DNA of 64,000 nt from Balanoglossus misakiensis (lineage: Eukaryota; Animalia; Hemichordata). Below the pieces are notes generated by a model. That model saw only the letters and a list, made by a program, of their open reading frames with translations. It was not told where the DNA came from and searched no databases. Of the stretch, positions 14,801-30,100 are shown piece after piece (position 1 is the first letter of the stretch; each line of letters starts with the position of its first letter). The translations under genes and the position numbers were made by a program. Where the stretch lies: positions 2,844,345 to 2,908,344 of the forward strand of contig CM082579.2 in the NCBI GenBank assembly GCA_040954595.2, given 5' to 3'.

Positions 14801-17775
14801 AGAATTATGAAAAATGTCATGTTTTAATTGCATGAATGTCTTACAAAGGTATATGTAGGGAGTACTGATCATGTATGATACATTTTGCGCCCATGTGTTC
14901 CACAGGAGTGGTCTTGACACGCATGTTGTCGTGTTCACAACGATGGACATGAGATCATCATGGGAAGATGAATTCCTCAAGGCAAAACAGAAATTAGGTA
15001 AGTTGTGCAAAGTCTGTCAAAATTTGACATTACAAGACTGAGAGAATGATTTGGTTTCCAACAATTTGAAGCTGAATTTTCACACACTACTATATGTATA
15101 ATACACCCTTTATTTTTTTATTCAGCTGACTCCAAGGACACTTTCCCGCCCCAGTTCCTCAACCCCATTCCCATTTCCAAGACTCGCAGCGGAATGCAGT
15201 TTTCCTGCGCCAGCCCTGCGCATGCAACAGGTCTGGAAGAGCAGCGAGAAGTCTGGGTGTGCAATAGTGATGGCTATGTGGGTCAGGTCTGCTTGCTGAC
15301 ATTGGCCCCCAAACCCGACGTGGCCACCTGTAAGACCGTCTGTTCTGCCCGAATATTATGCATAGCGCCTGTTCCAGGAACTCAGAGGGTGTTGCATCCA
15401 CGATCCAAGTAAGCATTCATCATCTGCCAAAAGTTAAATTTAAACAAGATCTGTGAGTTTTCCCTCTGATCAAGAAAAAAGAAGCAAGGTCACACATTTC
15501 ATTAATAAGCATTGGGTATATTTCGCATGTACAGGGCAAGACTTCCAAGTGAAATTGAGCACATGTCACCAATCAGTATTCAGATCACAGGAGATGACAC
15601 ACTCTCGATTTCCTCTTCAAGCGGGAGAAGAAAACAAAAACGTGCGGCCGACATCATTGCGTTCGACTCTGACGATTCTGACGAGAACACTTCAACGGTG
15701 GATAAAAGTTTGCTCCACGTTGATGAAAGCGCCACAGATGACATCAGTTCAGGTATGAAGTCCTGTTGATTTCAAAGTTCTTCTCAGTTTGACACAGGGT
15801 GTGCACTGAACCATGTTTTTGTCTGGGGGATTATTAGGGAACATTTTATGTTTTAAAACAGAAATGATGCATGAAAGTTCATCATAAAAATCCAGAGCAG
15901 ATATTATTACACCATGTTGAATTTTGTGGATTGTGATGTACAGTGATAGTATTTAAGTCAGATTTATGGAATATTGTTTTATATCCTGAAAATTTTAGAT
16001 GACGATGATGAGACTGGTTATGGAATACGTCGCCCTAGTAACGGTACAATGTCAGGGTCGCTGAATGAAATGCTGGATGGGGAAGACCCTGACAACCTGA
16101 AACCTACAATGTGGTTAGGAACTGAAGATGGATGGTGAGTTGCTAAAATGGACCAATGACAACTTGACCTGTGAATCATGTGGTTCATGTTAACCAATGA
16201 AATTTTGTCATTTATCAAATTATCAAGCTGGATGACCTGATTGCTGTGCATTTTCCTCTTCACTTGCCTTTTATGTTTGATTGTTTCCAAAATGATGTAG
16301 CAGTGGTACTTGATGTATCCAAAGTTTTCGATGGCAGCCAAAGCTGTCATTTTGTTTGTCTTGTACAGATTACAGTTTTACTCAGACTTGTTTTTGCTCT
16401 GATTTCTTCCCCTAGTATCCACATATACGTGTGCAATGATAATGTAAGAACGGCGAAAGCTAGCAAGAAAATCCAGCACACGGCGTCAGTGCAGAGCATT
16501 CTCTATCTTGACAACCGAGTGTTTGTGTCACTGGCCAATGGGGAACTTGTCATGTATAGCAGATATCCTGGTAAGAACACTGACAGAAAAGGGCTATTTA
16601 TGTTGCATTATGAAGCTAATAAAATCTATCACAAAATTATCACCCATGGAGGTGATAAGATGTAATTATTCTCTGACTGGTCTCATTAATATTGACTTTT
16701 GTTATTTGAGAACAAATTTGACTCAACAAGCCGCAACTATTTTGGTCCAAACTTTGCCAGTGGACAGTTTCAATATCTTGTCTCTTTCTTCATGTCAGGA
16801 TCGCCATGGGATTTTGACAGCCCTCAGACACTGACCATTGGCAACAGTAATGCACCGATAACCAAGATGGCTGCCGTTGCCGGGAAACTCTGGTGTGGCA
16901 GACAGAACTACATCATCGTTGTCGATCCCAACTCTTTCATCGTGGAGGTAGGACATCATTGACATTTGTCTTCTAGAAAGTCTCTGTCTGCCTCTTTTGA
17001 AAATGGCAGCTTTAATGAAATTTGTGATTTGTTATTTGGTTACAGCAACACCTACAGGTGAGCAGCGAACAGAACCACAATGTGCAGTGTATTGTCACAT
17101 CTGGGCTTGGAGTGTGGGTATCGCTCAGCCAACAAAGCAACGCCATTGTCAAGTTGTACCACGCCACGAACTTCACCAACCTGGCTGATGTAGATGTCAC
17201 ACAAGCAGTACATAAAATGCTTGCAGGTGAGAGAAAAAAATAAGTTTTTTATATTAACCCTTTTTACACTGACTCCCCGTTATGACCTATGGCATAATGG
17301 AAGTTTTTCTTCTGTATGCACCTACTATCATCTCTCTGGCTTTTTTTTCCAAACAGGTTCAGACGCCATCATCCGCCAGCACAAAGCAGCGTGTTTGCGA
17401 ATCACAGCTCTTTTGACGTGCAAGGATCTGCTGTGGGTGGGCACCAGCGCCGGCGTGGTCCTGACCCTGCCCTTACCCAAGATCACGTCCAACATGTCGG
17501 CCCTGCCGGACACGCCACCCGTGACAGGATCCGGGCACGGCCACACGGGTCACGTCAGGTTCCTCAGCGCCGTGGAGATGTTGCATGACGGCGACTGTGA
17601 CTCGAGTCCGACCAGGGTTGTCTTTCAGAGGCGCTGTTCTGTCTCGGCTGCCTTGATGCCGAACATGATTGTGATCAGCGGCGGAGACGGTTACGAGGAC
17701 TTTTGCTCGTCGTCGGCCAATGAAGCTGCAGGAAGAGACGATAGCACCAATCATTTACTTCTTTGGAAAGTTTGA
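2880..17775 (+). CDS. ARHGEF17: Rho guanine nucleotide exchange factor 17 (DH-PH plus C-terminal beta-propeller); 5'-partial, 14 exons in window
   Basis: Exons 2880-3062, 10006-10215, 12151-12366, 12994-13109, 13384-13582, 14519-14643, 14906-14997, 15126-15408, 15535-15752, 15999-16134, 16416-16570, 16799-16947, 17046-17226, 17357-17775. All introns are GT-AG and phases are consistent. DH motifs IQPVQRIPRY and ELLKHT..HPDH. ARHGEF17-type motifs KTRSGMQFSCA, MWLGTEDG, GSDAIIRQHKAACLRITALL, GHTGHVRFL, ISGGDGYEDF and C-terminal GRDDSTNHLLLWKV*. Confidence 0.95.
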
Positions 17776-18030
17776 ATCAAGATGAAAGCAAACATCTTGA
17801 GTGTGTATATATACATATATATAAAGACTGGAATAAAGGACATGATGAGTTAGTCTAACGGACCAAATATGGCACGCTGACCTTCAATAAGGAAACAAGA
17901 AACTTAAAACCTGAAGATGCAACAGCTTTTATTAGATTTTAAGATTATGTTTGTGATTTTTAATTGGAAGGGTCATCTTTCCAGTTGACAGTTAGTGGAG
18001 AGGCACTACCTTTTTTATTTGTGTTAGGGC

Positions 18031-18110
18031 TGGTAGAGACTGGTTCACTGTGGTTCGTGTTGGTCAAGCTTGGTAAACTCTGGTTCATGTTGGTCATTCT
18101 TGGTTCTGTA
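18031..18110 (+). repeat. Degenerate 10-bp tandem repeat (TGGTnnnnnn x8)
   Basis: TGGT starts at 18031, 18041, 18051, 18061, 18071, 18081, 18091 and 18101. Confidence 0.75.
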
Positions 18111-18324
18111 CAGTTTCGACGATTCACTGCTTACTCTTTTTGCCGTTAACACACTTGGACAAGACCTGAATCACAACTGTTTACTTTCTTGTAAGAGGAA
18201 GTTGGTGTTTAGGTCAAAAATTACTATCAGATCTGTTGGTTGAGTCGTGTGCCTGGCTATTTCTTTCAACCGACAGAAAGACGTAATGCCGAAATGTGGC
18301 AGATAACGCACAACAAAGGGGACC

Positions 18325-18577
18325 CAGGGTTCATGTGCTTCCGTGGGAAAACCTGGAGATCAACCATGGAAAGTCCCAGGAAGTCCTGAAAATTGAATTC
18401 TATTCTTTGAATATTTTAGAAAGTTGACTTGGCTACCCATGCTGCCACGAGATGTCGATTGACGGGAGAAAATTGACAATATTTCTGTGCAATCACTCCT
18501 GGAAAATGACATGTTTTGACCTTAAAGTGATCTTGGGAACTCCTGGAATTTTGCATGGCACTAAGCATATGAGCCTT
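18325..18577. mobile_element. Possible decayed non-autonomous DNA transposon (MITE)
   Basis: Imperfect terminal inverted repeats (cagggttcatgtgctt ... aagcatatgagcct) and internal cctggaa/cctgaaaa sub-repeats. No clear target-site duplication. Confidence 0.35.
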
Positions 18578-19013
18578 TAGGGATCACATTTGTCAGTGGT
18601 TCCTAGTGGGGATTTTCACACATATTGGAGTACAGCATTATAACTTTTTGTATGAGATTTTTCCAAAGTTGAGAAACCAAAAGAGTGATACTCACATATC
18701 GCAAAAAAAAAAAAAAAAAACATAACAAGAACACCTATCACAGAGTAATGAGATCATACGTCTTAGAGAGTAAAATGTTTTGGGTGTTATTCAGCAGACT
18801 CTTCCGTGTGAAATACATGAATCAAACTTACTGGTATATCAAAGATTATATTATACCAGTATATTGATGGTGTAAATCAAGCTATTTGATTGGTCGAGAC
18901 ATGACATGTGACCGTGATATATTAGCCATATACCACAGTCATATATCATAGTCAAAGAAAATGCCTTTTTAAAATGTTTTATGCAAAGTTTCAATATACT
19001 GGCATAATATAAT

Positions 19014-19156
19014 AGCAATAAAACACCCCCAGCCATGGTATACCACTCGATTTTGACCAGTTCAACTCCATATACGCACTCGCTATCGCTCGTGCGTATA
19101 TGTCGTGAACTGGTCAAAATCTCGTGGTATACCATGGCTGGGGGTGTTTTATTGCT
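19014..19156. mobile_element. Palindromic MITE-like element (143-bp near-perfect hairpin)
   Basis: agcaataaaacacccccagccatggtataccac pairs perfectly with gtggtataccatggctgggggtgttttattgct. Inner arms gattttgaccagttca/tgaactggtcaaaatc and catatacgcac/gtgcgtatatg also pair. Confidence 0.75.
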
Positions 19157-22100
19157 TAACTGGAGCATGGTCTGTCCAATTGTAACGAAGATCTTTTAAT
19201 TTATTATGTGTCTGATAGTGGATGTCCTTTTCAGTTCGACATGGTTGCTCCTTCAAGAAACCTGCATTGCACTGTGTTGATGTGTCAAATAGTTTTATGT
19301 GTGCCAAAATTGTGTGACTTTGGATCAGAAACTTTTGATTCCGGAGTTCTCTTCTCACAGTGGTAGCCTTTGGGAAGAAATACCCAAGTGGTCCTTAAAC
19401 AAAGCTGTTACATATTTCCTTGTTGGCTAGCAGTGTTTGCAACAACATAGGTAGTGTCCTTAAAAATCCACTACCACAGATGTATTTATGACAATAAGAA
19501 AAAAATACAAATTTATCACAAATTTATTCTTATAAGAGTATATTAAACAAATTGAGTGCTGTCTCTGGCTTACTCAGGCAGTCCACTCATATTGAGGATA
19601 TTATATCAGAAAACAAAAGAAGTCACATAATGGGTCACCCGAGGGCAGTCAACACCCCCAAACCTGTTCATTGGTGCTATGAACACACACTTAGCCGTGG
19701 TGCTAAAATGTACTGATTGCCGTTGACACCAAAGATTTTGCCTGTGGTAACAGGCTGCAAATTAAACAGTTACGATGGGTTTTTGTGGGGGAAAATTAAA
19801 AATTGAGCCAAATCGCCTCAGTTGATGACCAACGCTTGTACATTGTTTTTGTTTTCGTAGTGATGTCTCTTGTGTACATAGCATAGGAGGGCCATCTGCA
19901 TTTTCCCAAAAATGTAGAATTTGCTCCATATTGGTATTTGCCAATCCGTTTAATCACTTCTCCCTGTGAGAAGGGTATATATATGATGATTTTAATGAAA
20001 CGCGAGTGGGAGTGACTGTGGTGAGTTCTTTAAAAAACTCACCTCTGTGCTGTTTCACATGCTGTATTTGAAGGTGTATTGCCAACAACGTGTGTACACG
20101 AATTTCATATCTGTTCTATCACATATTTTTGTATATTTTTAAACTTTTTCTTTGGTTTTTCTTCTCGTCTTCCAATGATTATTCAGGATGTGTTTGTGGC
20201 ATGTAGCACTGGAGAATGTAGTGTATGAGTTTGAATGTGCGTTGTCATGCTTTTAAAAAAAAATCAAGTTCGATGTCGAAAATAAAATTACATCTCTTTA
20301 TTCTGTCTGTCTTTCTCCTCTTGAAACCTTGAATTCGTTGTTAAACAATGTTTTCCTCTCAATAAATGTCAGCAAAATGATTTTAACATAGCATAGCTTC
20401 AATGCCTTTTCTCTCTCGTATGTCCCCAGATTTGGTGTGTGTGTGTTCAGGTATTCAGTAGATGCACCTTGAGTAATCAAGATGGCTGCCGAGGGTGGAA
20501 GTTTTTGCACAAGACTTCGTGCAGCTGTCTTGATGTCATAATTCCTAACACCAAACTGCGCCATATATGGCACCGAGAGATAGCCATGATTGGGCGAAGT
20601 AAACTTGTGTCTTTCTTATTAGTATAAGAATAATGTGGTGATGTGTGAGGCACCTGGCAAATTTGAATTTTATTAGCTAATTCTGATTGGCTATCAGATA
20701 GTGGACATCTGTTCCTACATTGGTTTTCCAGTCAGGTCAGTCTCATTTCGCTCTGGAGTGTAGAGCTTGACACAACTTCAATTCAGTACAGCTCTTTTTG
20801 GAGTAAAATGGCTGCCACCACCATTGAGACCTGGACTGGACTGGAAGACCCCGTGGATCATCACAAATTGATGTTTACGATAGGGAAGACGTTAAACTCA
20901 ATGACCTGCAGGAGTTTTGTGTTCTCCCCCTTCTGTTGGTGATGTAACTGTGGAATATTACAGTCATATATTTGAAAGAATACAAGGAACTGACTTGATC
21001 GCTGGGGTGTGTTACCATGTGGAACTGAATGGAAGTCACAGAGGAACACTCAAGTGGTGGAATACAGCTTCCAGATCAGGTGAGCCCCAACAATGTCCTG
21101 CCCTTGGCTAAATGAATTAGAGCAAGCCATTTGTGCCCCTGTATCTGAAACTGCAAGTACTGAAAAACCACAGCCATTGTGTCACAGGCAATATTTTTAC
21201 AGAGAGAGAGAGAGAGGGATAGACATTTTAGATAACAAAAATAACAAATACTACAATTATTGTCTGTTTTACTTTATTCTCTGAAATCTTTTTTTTTTAC
21301 ATTTTTCAACTACATCCACTCGTAATTTTTCAAATTGAACAGTTTCAATTTTCTTACAAAAAATGGCTGCAAGGTCTGATTGCACAGGTCAACCAATTAT
21401 GGTAATGGCATTGGTTGTTATACTGGTCACATGACCCTGTACAGCCAATAGTTGGGCTGAAGATACTTTGGGCTATAGAGGACGCAATTTTCAAGAACAG
21501 TTTGGGGAAAAGTATGCCTCCTCAGTATATATTATCAGTTTTCTATAAAGATAGAATATATATACATGATGTTAACATCTAAGGAAAGACAAACACGAGA
21601 TTTGCAACAGCAAATTAAAATGCTTTATGTAGCTTTCTGAACAGAAAAAAAAACAGCTGCATAGAGATCAATATTTACAGCTCCCTGCAAAGCGAAAAAC
21701 ATCACTATGTACAGCGTCATCATGAGCAACAAGATTTTACTTCACATTCAATCATGGCTTTAACAAGAATTCAACAAGCTGCCAAACTGACGAGATTACC
21801 AAAAAGCCTCCCCAGTTAAAGTGCCAGACCCATTAAACATCTGATGTGTGGGCCCACCCTAGCATAAATGTTCCTTCAACATAAAATGAAAAAATTGTTA
21901 TAAACATGAAGATGAAGAATCACTGATATCGTTATAATAATGGTTAACATACCACATTAATCAAACAGTTATTGTTCCCGCCCGGAAGATCAGGATTGCT
22001 GCGACTGCATAGAATGTACTCTGATATACATTGGTCAAGAACAGTTATGATCAGTATTTTCCCCTAGGTGTTTGACAATAATACAATGCCAGAGAAAACT

Positions 22101-23425
22101 GATAAACTAAAATACAATACTAGTACCCTGTCAACTATGCGCTGAGAACCCTGTTTTAAATCTGTTTAATGTATTGAAACGAATTTCTGAGGGAGGCAAC
22201 ATTTTCTGATAATAATACAGCTCTTCTAGATACCAAATGGTTCCCCAGTATTTTGTTGAAAATAATCCAGAACAAAAAAACTGTAAAATCTCATATATTT
22301 AACTCTGTTGATAAATGTAAGGCACAGGAACATACATCCTTTGCAAGCAGTGAATTGTTACATCTGGCTATCCTGTTTATATAAACTGTTGGTTGTGTTT
22401 CAACCATTGCAATGACTTGTGGGTAATTTCACTTGTATCCAAAGTGGCCATAGATGGCACTGTTTGAGAAACAATAATTTCTACTACTTTATATCAGCCA
22501 AACATGGAGAAGAAAAAAGTTGATAATATCAACAGAGTGATGAATTTTGTATATGACTGATACCATCTCTGCAAATACCCCATGAAAAGGGTGAGCATCT
22601 TGTAAAAGCCATGATTTATGAAGATCCAGTATTTCTAGAACTCACATTTTCAATATCATTAACTTTATCAACTCTTGTGATGAAATCATGAATTAGATTT
22701 TAAAAATCTTAGCATTCAATTTTCAGTACAATTTACGATCTATTTTTTTTTATTATGCTAAGTTTGTAAATTGTAACAATATTTTGGTAACTCAACCGCC
22801 AAAGCAAAGCTCATTACAAAACAAGTCTCTCTTCTGTTTTCCTTAAAAATAAAACTGTTCACAATAAATTATGTTACAAAACAATGCATAAGTTCCATCT
22901 TCTTTTAATAAAATAAAATAAAACATTAAGTTCTCAGTGGAACATATCCTTCCAACATTTCACAGAAATAACTCAAAATAGTAAAATTATCAAAAAAGTA
23001 CATTTTACTGAACAGAAAAATGAACAAAAAGTCTCAACTTGGCTTCTTTCTGTCCAGAAGTAGGTTAAGAAGACTGAAGATGAGCAAAATTTGTACAAAT
23101 CAAGCCCTAAACACAATATTCATTTCTCTACATCCAAGGTAAGCTTATTTAAATGGAAGTTCAGTCATAGTCTCTGTTATATTTCATTGTACATTCTTAT
23201 AATTCTAAATATTTACAAAGCTATACTGTCCCGCATTTTTGTTTCTCACTCTCAATAAATGTAGGAAGGAGTTGTAAATACTGTTGCTGTGGTTGGAGTT
23301 TGGAAATTTGTCTTGGTCCACCTGGTGATAAAAGTAGTTTTTTTTTCTGTCGACGACACCCAAGGTCACAAGTGTAAATTATATTCAAACTATCAGTTCT
23401 GTGAGGCCTCGCAGGCCAGCTTGGG

Positions 23426-25592
<2,167 letters not shown>

Positions 25593-25616
25593 CTTGAATT
25601 GTGGTATCTCTCGCCG

Positions 25617-25632
25617 AAATCTCGCGAGATTT
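25617..25632. promoter_or_regulatory. TCTCGCGAGA palindrome (BANP/'CGCG element' type) at the CHIC 5' end
   Basis: Perfect 16-bp palindrome aaatctcgcgagattt about 25-40 bp upstream of the CHIC ATG. The ATG context caagATGGCGG is also a YY1-type motif. Confidence 0.6.
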
Positions 25633-27149
25633 TTCTTGCAAAGAGGGCCAGTAAATGTGAAATGGAACAGTCTGTGGAAGGGAACTTTCGTTTTTTCCTC
25701 AATCGTTTTATTGAGAAATTATGATACATACTGTTACGCCAGAAATTCTTCCTTTTTTTTATTGAGTTTCGGGTCATCATGACTCATCATATTTGTAACC
25801 TTTGATCTCACTATCATGGCATGTCAAATAAAATTAGTCAAATCCTAACAAAACTGCATTTAGCTTAGTCTCCATGCTGTTTCCTGAAAAGGGGCAATGG
25901 CTGACTAACTATTCTTATTTTCTTTTTGTGAATTGAGAAATAGTATTTGTTCATACATGTACATTGCTTGTATTTTAGACAACTTGCTGTCCAACCAGTG
26001 CACAATGTTTAGGTTGTGATTCATACTATGGTACATGTAGTATGCATCAAAAGTGGTTCAGGTCAGTTGAGAAAAACAATGTTCTTGCCTGTAATTTGTC
26101 ACAAAAGCACTGGAGGGAAGCCCCAATCTTTGTTACCCACAACCAGTGCGACCATTCAATGTCAGCTGTATACACAAAGTATTCGCATGGAAATTTATCC
26201 TTGCTACACCAAGTTGCTACACCTGTGAAATTGGAGCTGATTGAGTTCAAGGTTTTATTTACTTTCTGGTCGTCTTAGGGTCTTGGAGGCCACCAACAGG
26301 TGTCTCGAATACTTTCAGTTGACTCTGGGGACCCTGGTTTTTGTATCACTTTCACTGAAATTGTGAAGCAGCAGATTTGCTGCCAGAAAATCTCATGAAG
26401 GGTAGGGAACCCGCCTGTATCATAATTACAGTTCACCATTTCGGACTGCTGTTGGTGAAGCGCCCTCTGCCAACAGCAGAAGGCCATGCGAATCAGGATA
26501 TGCCAAAGGGGAAACAGTCTCAGATGTTAGGATGGATACTTTGAACACTTTGGAACATGTCCAGATATTTTCCTTTCATTTTTAGCTGACATGGTAAACA
26601 AGTCATAATTGGTGTTCTTGTATCTTCTTTTCCTTGTAGAATTCCTAATCTGTGATCTCACGGGTATTCATTACACTTGTCAATTCCAAAACAAGAAAAC
26701 AGAAAATGAGAAACAAACTGACAACTGTTTCAGTATTTTCCATTTTTTTATTTCAAAGGTTTAGTATGCTTTCAGAACTATCAACATAATATGAAAAGAA
26801 AATGTATCACAAGAATACAAACTAAAGATACTTTTCTCGCAATTCTACATTTGTCTGGAAAACATCAGAACCGATTTTTGATGAAGCAAGCATGATGATG
26901 AATTCACATGAAATAAATAGAATCCATAAAATTAGTCAAACAGGTTAACCGGAAGGTGGCCATAATAATATGGAGTACACAACAGAGTCTGAAAGGTCTC
27001 CAAAATTCTGTCAGGAAATCTCAAGTCTCAAATATGTAGGCGTATCATGGCAGTTTTACTTTCATCGCTGTCTTAGTACGGTAATGAAATCCAGATTGGG
27101 TGCACATGTAGATTTTGCTGAGGGAATGAAGAGACAGGATGTGGCCATT

Positions 27150-30100
27150 CTAGATAATTCCTTGTTTCTTTTCCATCAGAATGTGGATGTCTCCCATGAC
27201 TTCTGAGTCTCCAGGTGCTGAAAGAACAAAAACCAAATTTGTATTTACTGGTGCAAATTATGAGATTCAAAATGTCTATACTAGGAATCGACATGTCCAA
27301 CAAGTGAAGCAAAAATACCTCAATACATGACTAGGTAACTTACCATTTAATACATCTTCATATTCAATGGTATCTGCTCTTCCAGTCAGGACGTCCAATG
27401 CTAGATTTGAACTGGGTATGCACGGTAGCCTCTGCATCTGTGTTGATAGAAAATACAACAATGTACATGCTGTTAGCCCTGCCCCAGATTTCTACTGAGA
27501 TTGTAGTCTGCAAAAGACATCAGAAAAGCTTTCCCAACTACATTGTGGCCTTCCAAATCAATTTTTGCAACCCTGTGAAACTCAAAAACTTGGTCATACC
27601 TGTTTTGCTACATGGCGTTCCATTTGTAGTCTTAGTGGTGCGTATAAACCCTGAGTGTTTCGCAGCATGGAAAATTCCCTCTGCTCTTCATTCTTGTGAA
27701 ACTGCGATGAGAAAAAACAAACAGGAACATTGTTATGCAATTGTGCATTGACATGTACCATCAGATTTGTCACACAACATCAACCATCTCTCTGTCTTCC
27801 AAATTCTCAGTATGATAGATATTCATCTATTGCACAGATGAAATACTCACGTTTTTCTCAGAATGCTCAAGTGGGTGGGCTGAGGATAGTTCATCTTTGG
27901 CCTGACTTGTTCTGCGAAATGAAATGAAAAAATAGGCATTCAGAGGAAATGACCTTGACTTTCATGACCACTTGACTTGACCTTGTGATCTGAATATAAT
28001 AGCTTTCACGGTATCAAATTCCAACAAAACCATGTCATGATCTCACAGCAATGTGTTGTCATCATGTTATCTATAGCAATGGACAACACACCCATACTTC
28101 TGCTCGACTGTAACCTCTGTCTCATTTTTCACAACCTTTCCACGGCTATCTATTTTCATACTATTTATTTCTGTTTGCTTCCGCCTGCAGTCAAGTCACA
28201 TCATCCAAACATCTCATCACAATTTTGTGTCAAATAAGTTTGTAGAAGCATGTGCTTTATGGGTTCTCCACAAGAGTTATTGAGGAAATAATATCAAATC
28301 AATTGATAAAATGAAGAAATTGTATGTCAGTGGTGTATACATCCTCAGTAAATACACATAAACCACCTGTACTTTAATTTTAAGACTGGAAATACCATAA
28401 TACTTTTAATATGTCTGAAATGCGGCTCAACATGGCTCAACACGGCTGACCAGACACCAGACTAATACTCTATGCCAGTGGCTACTTTGGAGCCCACATG
28501 TGTTTGGAATTCTGAAGGTCATGCACTGGTGCGTGTAACCACGACAACTGCAACACCAAACACACCTTCACACTGGGAAGCTGTGGCCTCTAAAAGCATA
28601 GTGGGACGTTAATGTTTTTTACTGCCAACGTTGAACTTTTCAAGCTGTCCATCCAAAGTTTGGCTGATGCCATGGCAACCACACATCCCAAACACACACT
28701 CACTCACTCTCGCACAGGCTTTACATTCACAAAGCGGATGCGTACCACGACCCCAAAACAGCGACCCCCGAAAACTGCTTGCGCAAAAACCAACAATCAT
28801 GCAAAATAAACAATCTGGGGTTTTGTAGTCTACTGATGGAGATTAAGATTTACAGACAAACTCCCCCCACAGGCACGAACACTTGTTGTGTCCTCTATTA
28901 ATAGAAATGACGCTTGTCCAATATGGTTATGTTTACTACAGCCATCACACCACGGGGTTCAAATTACGCATCAATTTGCAGGGTGATGCACTGTACACAG
29001 CATCAAGCGCCAACTGTGGACATTATTATGACATAACAAAAATGGATATTTATACGTCTGTCTTTCTTCAAACCCAGCTGTTTTCAATTATTTTTTTCTT
29101 CCCTCCCTCTCAGATCTGACTTGTAGTACATTGACCCCTCAACCTTCCCACTTGTATCAGAGTGTGTTGTTTTCTTCTGTACATCATCTCCACTAGTAGC
29201 CTAATTATCTATATTCAATGTTTTTTTCCCATCCGTTCCTACCTAACTCAGAACCCATCTGTACCACTCCAGAGAACATTGACACACCCCCCCCCCCACC
29301 CTCTACAACCTATCTTGGTCTGCAGCTTTAAGTACTGTTGATAGACACATCCTGTTGCTTATACACAAGCCTCTGATCACGCTCTCCCAAAAAACCTTTT
29401 GCTTCCTCTTGATAACGTGCGAGTTCATACCCTACTTCCTGTCTGCTCTACTATATTTATCTGCACAGTTGGAACACTTACGAACTTTATACCTTTAAAC
29501 TTTTTTTTTCCTGGCAAAGGGTGCTGATACCATAGATATATGCCCGCCAAAGTCAGGGGTGAAAACTTTATCGGCTACCGTGGAAACATCTGTACTGACC
29601 CCAGAAAATGGGAAGTTTGGGTCTATTATAAACATATCAAATTTACAACATTTTAAAAGCCAAGCTACCATAGAAATAAAAACATAGACAGAAAGATTGT
29701 TTATACCATAGCAAAAAGCAGAAGTTTTATTTCATGTCTCTGGCAGTAAGAATGCATGGAAATGTGTATCCCAAATATCTTCATGTAAAACGAAACTTTT
29801 ACACAAACCAAAGTTTCAAATTGATAATGTTTTTACTCCCATAATGTTGAAGTACCAGTACAGACTTTTTCTATGTTCAGTTAGTGGTTGCACTTTAAAC
29901 GAATCTCACTGGATTAACCATATGGGGTGACTTAAGAGTAGATGCAAACTTGGAAGTTTGCCAAATCTTCTCCTGCGCTGTTTGTTTGGCACACTCTCTT
30001 TTCGCGTGATGCAAGTCTGCTAAACACAAGACACGTTCATTAAGTATAGGCACCCATTGGCACACACACTCTTGCAGCTCTGACCTTTGACCTCAGATAA

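Noticed and set aside
20298-21284. Short ORFs between the ARHGEF17 and CHIC 3' ends
   Set aside because: Frames are interrupted by stops and no family is recognised. A pseudogene or lncRNA cannot be excluded without BLASTX or RNA-seq.
25640-26700. Possible Gsx remnant or small gene head-to-head with CHIC
   Set aside because: No homeodomain-like peptide in the frames examined, and the ORFs are short and unrecognisable.
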